Part shown: in pieces, positions 61,246 to 64,000 of the stretch
How the letters are laid out: each line of letters begins with the position of its first letter
Numbering within the stretch: the stretch's first letter is position 1
NCBI GenBank assembly: GCA_049840735.1
Contig: JASGJN010000023.1
Span: forward strand, 32,001 to 96,000
DNA: 64,000 nucleotides
Direction of reading: 5' to 3'
Source: Anaeromyxobacter sp.
Lineage (GTDB): Bacteria; Myxococcota; Myxococcia; Myxococcales; Anaeromyxobacteraceae
The notes under the pieces: model-generated
What the model saw: the letters and a program-made list of their open reading frames with translations, nothing else
Told to the model about the DNA's origin: nothing
Database searches by the model: none
Made by a program: the position numbers and the translations under genes

Positions 61246-62708
61246 GGCTGGCCTCCGTCGACGGTGGGCGGGGCCGCGGCGTCGCCGGTCGGCTCCAGCC
61301 CTTCCAGCCCGAGGTAAGGGTCCTCCAGCCTGGCCAGGCGCGTGCGCCAGGCCGCCAGCTGGGCCGGGGAGGGCGGTGAGAGTGAGCCGCCCCTGGGCTC
61401 GCCGAGCAGGATCACGACCGGTGCCCTGGGCCCCATGACCTGCCGGGCTTCACGCAGGAAGCGGAGCGTGGCCGCGTCGGCGGGCTCATGGGCTTCGGCC
61501 AGGAAGACCAGCCCGGCGCGGGGAGCGCCGCCCAGGACCTCGGCCGCGCCGCCTTCCCACGCCGGTCCGCCGGCCGCGAGCACCGGCCGGGCTCCGGGCT
61601 CCGACGAGCCCCCGAGCCGCGCCTCGAGCGCCGCCTGCACGCGGCCGTCCAGGGCGGCCTCGCGCCAGCGCACCACCGTCCACCCTGCCACCTCGGCGCC
61701 GCTGCCGTCCACGGCGCCCAGGCGGCGCAGCACCGCGCGGGTCTCGGCGTCGCTGGGCGGCAGCGCGGCCAGCGCGCGGTGCCGGCGCCAGGACGCCAGG
61801 AGGAGCATGCCGGCCCGCGGCAGGAGCCCGTACACCAGGAGCGCCGCCAGGAGGAAGGGCCACCAGTCCCCGCGCAGCGCCGGCGCCAGCGCGGTGCCCT
61901 CGTAGCGGCCGTCCAGGTGCCAGTAGCGCGTGGCCTCCACCACCTGCAGCGACGGCACCGCCTCCGGGAACGCCCAGCCCCACGGCAGCGCGAGCCGCGA
62001 CACCACCGCGTGGAAGCGGGCCGGGGCGAGCGTGGAGAGCGTGGTGCTCCAGCAGAAGGCCACGTCGGTGAAGGTGATCAGGCGGAGCAGCGCCAGGGCC
62101 GCCGCGACGTTGAACGCCACTCCGAACGACTGTCCCAGCGCGAAGAGCTGCCACTGCTCCAGCCGCGCGTAGAGCCGGCGGCGCGCGCGGAGGCGCCGGC
62201 CCAGGGTCTGCCACTCGGTGAGGGCCGGGCCGCGGCGGAGGCCGAGCCTGGCGAGCCGCCGGACCAGCGAGGCGAGGAGCTCGCGGAGCGGGCCCGGCGC
62301 GGCCGACCGCGCCGGACGGGCCATCAGGGCCGCGGCCAGGGCGGTGAAGAGGAAGAGGAGCAGCTGGAGGAAGACGAAGCCGAGGAGGAAGCTCCAGACG
62401 TTGACCGGGTCCGGGCGCGAGAGCTCCACCAGCCCCGTCATCGCGCCCCAGCCGAGCGCCAGCCCGGACACCACCAGGATCAGGCGCGCCGAGCGGAGCG
62501 CAGCCTCCACGCGATCGCCGGGGTGGAGCCGGTTCGGCTCGGCCGACCGCAGCGCCGAGAGCCAGCGGCTCAACGCCTCCGCCGCCGGTAGCCCGGCGAG
62601 GCGGCCCTCGGCCGCGATCCGGGCGTCGCGCGCGGCGGCCGGGCCGCGCGGGGCGGCCTCGTCGCGGGCGAGCTGGGCTTCGAGGTCGACGAGGTCCGCG
62701 AGTCGCAT
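61242..62708 (-). CDS. DUF2868 domain membrane protein
   Basis: PVNVW..L..FVFLQ, FCWSTTL, WWPFL..LLVYGLLPR, EP..ATLRFL; GTGA overlap with the GTPase. Confidence 0.8.
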   Translation of the reverse strand: MRLADLVDLEAQLARDEAAPRGPAAARDARIAAEGRLAGLPAAEALSRWLSALRSAEPNRLHPGDRVEAALRSARLILVVSGLALGWGAMTGLVELSRPDPVNVWSFLLGFVFLQLLLFLFTALAAALMARPARSAAPGPLRELLASLVRRLARLGLRRGPALTEWQTLGRRLRARRRLYARLEQWQLFALGQSFGVAFNVAAALALLRLITFTDVAFCWSTTLSTLAPARFHAVVSRLALPWGWAFPEAVPSLQVVEATRYWHLDGRYEGTALAPALRGDWWPFLLAALLVYGLLPRAGMLLLASWRRHRALAALPPSDAETRAVLRRLGAVDGSGAEVAGWTVVRWREAALDGRVQAALEARLGGSSEPGARPVLAAGGPAWEGGAAEVLGGAPRAGLVFLAEAHEPADAATLRFLREARQVMGPRAPVVILLGEPRGGSLSPPSPAQLAAWRTRLARLEDPYLGLEGLEPTGDAAAPPTVDGGQP

Positions 62709-62916
62709 CGGGGCAAGTGGAGGAATGTCGTGAGCCTATCAGAGTGGACTTCACTGGGGGCCGGCGTTCACGCTGGGCGAGGTTGGGGGGGCGCACGGTC
62801 CCGTCCGGGCGCATCCCGGCCCGGTGCGGCACGCCTCGCCAGGGGGAGGTGCCGAGGGGCTCGCGCAGGCCTGGAACGGCGCTTCTCGGGGGAAGCAGCG
62901 CGGGCCGCCGCCTCGA

Positions 62917-63724
62917 TCACCCCACCAGCGCGGCCCTCATCGAGAGCGACGACATGTCGAACCCCTCGAATCGGGAAGCGCACCGGGTCCTCCGCGGTGC
63001 TCGCGCCGGCGACGTAGAGCAGGGGGAGGTAGTGGTCCGGCGTCGGCGCTGCCAGCCGGCCGTGCTCGGTGTCGAGGAGCCGGACGAGCTCGTCGCCGTC
63101 GTGGCGTGCGAGGGCCTGGGCGACCTCCTCGTCGAAGGCACGGGCCCAGTCCGGCGTGGCGGTCTCTCCGCGCTGCCAGGCGCCGAACGCGTGCCGGAGG
63201 TTGTGGACGAGGTTGCCGCTGCCGAGGATGAGGACGCCCTCGTCGCGCAGCGGCGCGAGCGCCCGGCCGATGGCGAGGTGCTCGCCAGGCGGGAGCCGCG
63301 CGTCGAGGCTGAGCTGCACCACCGGCAGGTCGGCGGCTGGCCGCAGGTGGACGAGCACGGACCAGGTGCCGTGGTCGAGCCCCCACTCCGCGCTGAGCGA
63401 CGCGCGCCGGCCCTCGAGGAGCCCGACGGTGCGGCGCGCGAGGGCAGGATCCCCCGGCGCCGGGTACTCGATGCGGTACAGCGCATCCGGGAACCCGCCG
63501 AAGTCGTGGATGGTCTCGGGCTGCTCGTCCCCGGTCGCGAAGGTGCCGTCTGCGTACCAGTGCGCGGAGATCGCCAGGATCGCCTTGGGGCGGGGCAGCG
63601 CGCGGCCGAGCTCGCGGAAGGCGCGGCTCCAGGCGTTGTCCTCGAGCGCGTTCATGGGGTTGCCGTGCCCCAGGAACAGGGCGGGCATGCGCTTCGTGTG
63701 CGTCGCGGTGGATGTGGTTGGCAT
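62917..63724 (-). CDS. ygiD: 4,5-DOPA extradiol dioxygenase (YgiD/LigB family; apparent +1 frameshift at ~62969)
   Basis: MPALFLGHGNPMNA, ISAHW, IHDFGGFP, WGLDHGTW, GSGNLVHNL, PTPDHYLPL; GATTCGAG->GATCGAG gives the end FPIEGFDMSSLSMRA. Confidence 0.88.
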
Positions 63725-63788
63725 GGTCTTCACTCCGCTGATCTAATGCCGGCCGGAATGGGCAACAATCGCCGTTCGTGAGAGACTC

Positions 63789-63806
63789 TGTTCCTCTTCT
63801 GCAACA
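63789..63806. promoter_or_regulatory. LysR-type T-N11-A box between divergent ygiD and LysR genes
   Basis: TGTTCC-TCTTCT-GCAACA dyad. Confidence 0.5.
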
Positions 63807-63832
63807 ACGCAGCGGGCGCCTGGAGGGCCGCG

Positions 63833-64000
63833 ATGGACCTGAACCACGTCGTCGTGTTCGAGGCGGTGGCCCGCACGGGCAGCTTCTCGGCCGCGGCGAA
63901 GGCGCTCGAGATGCCCAAGTCGTCCGTGAGCCGGGCCATCGCGCGCCTCGAGAACGAGCTCGGGGTCCAGCTCCTGTTCCGCACCACGCGCAAGGTCTCG
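63833..64000 (+). CDS. LysR family transcriptional regulator (truncated by window end)
   Basis: MDLNHVVVFEAVARTGSFSAAAKALEMPKSSVSRAIARLENELGVQLLFRTTRKVS. Confidence 0.93.
   Translation, partial: MDLNHVVVFEAVARTGSFSAAAKALEMPKSSVSRAIARLENELGVQLLFRTTRKVS

Overview
Very GC-rich chromosomal segment from a myxobacterium; gene content and order are Anaeromyxobacter-like (inference). It is mostly core or housekeeping: groES-groEL with CIRCE-like operators, rpoZ, lysC, uppS-cdsA-dxr-rseP-tsaB, bactofilins bacO/bacP with a PadC-like ParB protein, pyrE, nadB, pgsA and tRNA-Gly(GCC). It also holds an ohr-doxX-ohrR-VOC stress operon, two hybrid histidine kinases, a cluster of surface lipoproteins, and an accessory zone after tRNA-Gly (IS21 relics, SMI1/KNR4, DUF3482 GTPase plus DUF2868, ygiD/LysR). 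Two window-wide signals are not explained by the gene calls. (1) Seven genes, including housekeeping genes, carry a single-base frameshift, and every one is repaired by restoring a GATC (read as GATTC/GAATC). This points to a motif-specific sequencing error, probably caused by a DNA modification at GATC(G). (2) About 11 copies of a ~50-bp intergenic element keep near-invariant internal-loop motifs (TTCGAC-TCC / TACG-CTCA, tail CGAACGG) while both flanking stems co-vary, and often occur as inverted pairs. Other items: an unannotated 29-aa membrane peptide behind a sigma54-type promoter, a DnaD-like plus DnaC/DnaI-like gene pair, a CxxCH-bearing beta-propeller lipoprotein, and an Asd paralogue lacking its catalytic residues. 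All family assignments are from motif recognition by eye; no database searches were run.
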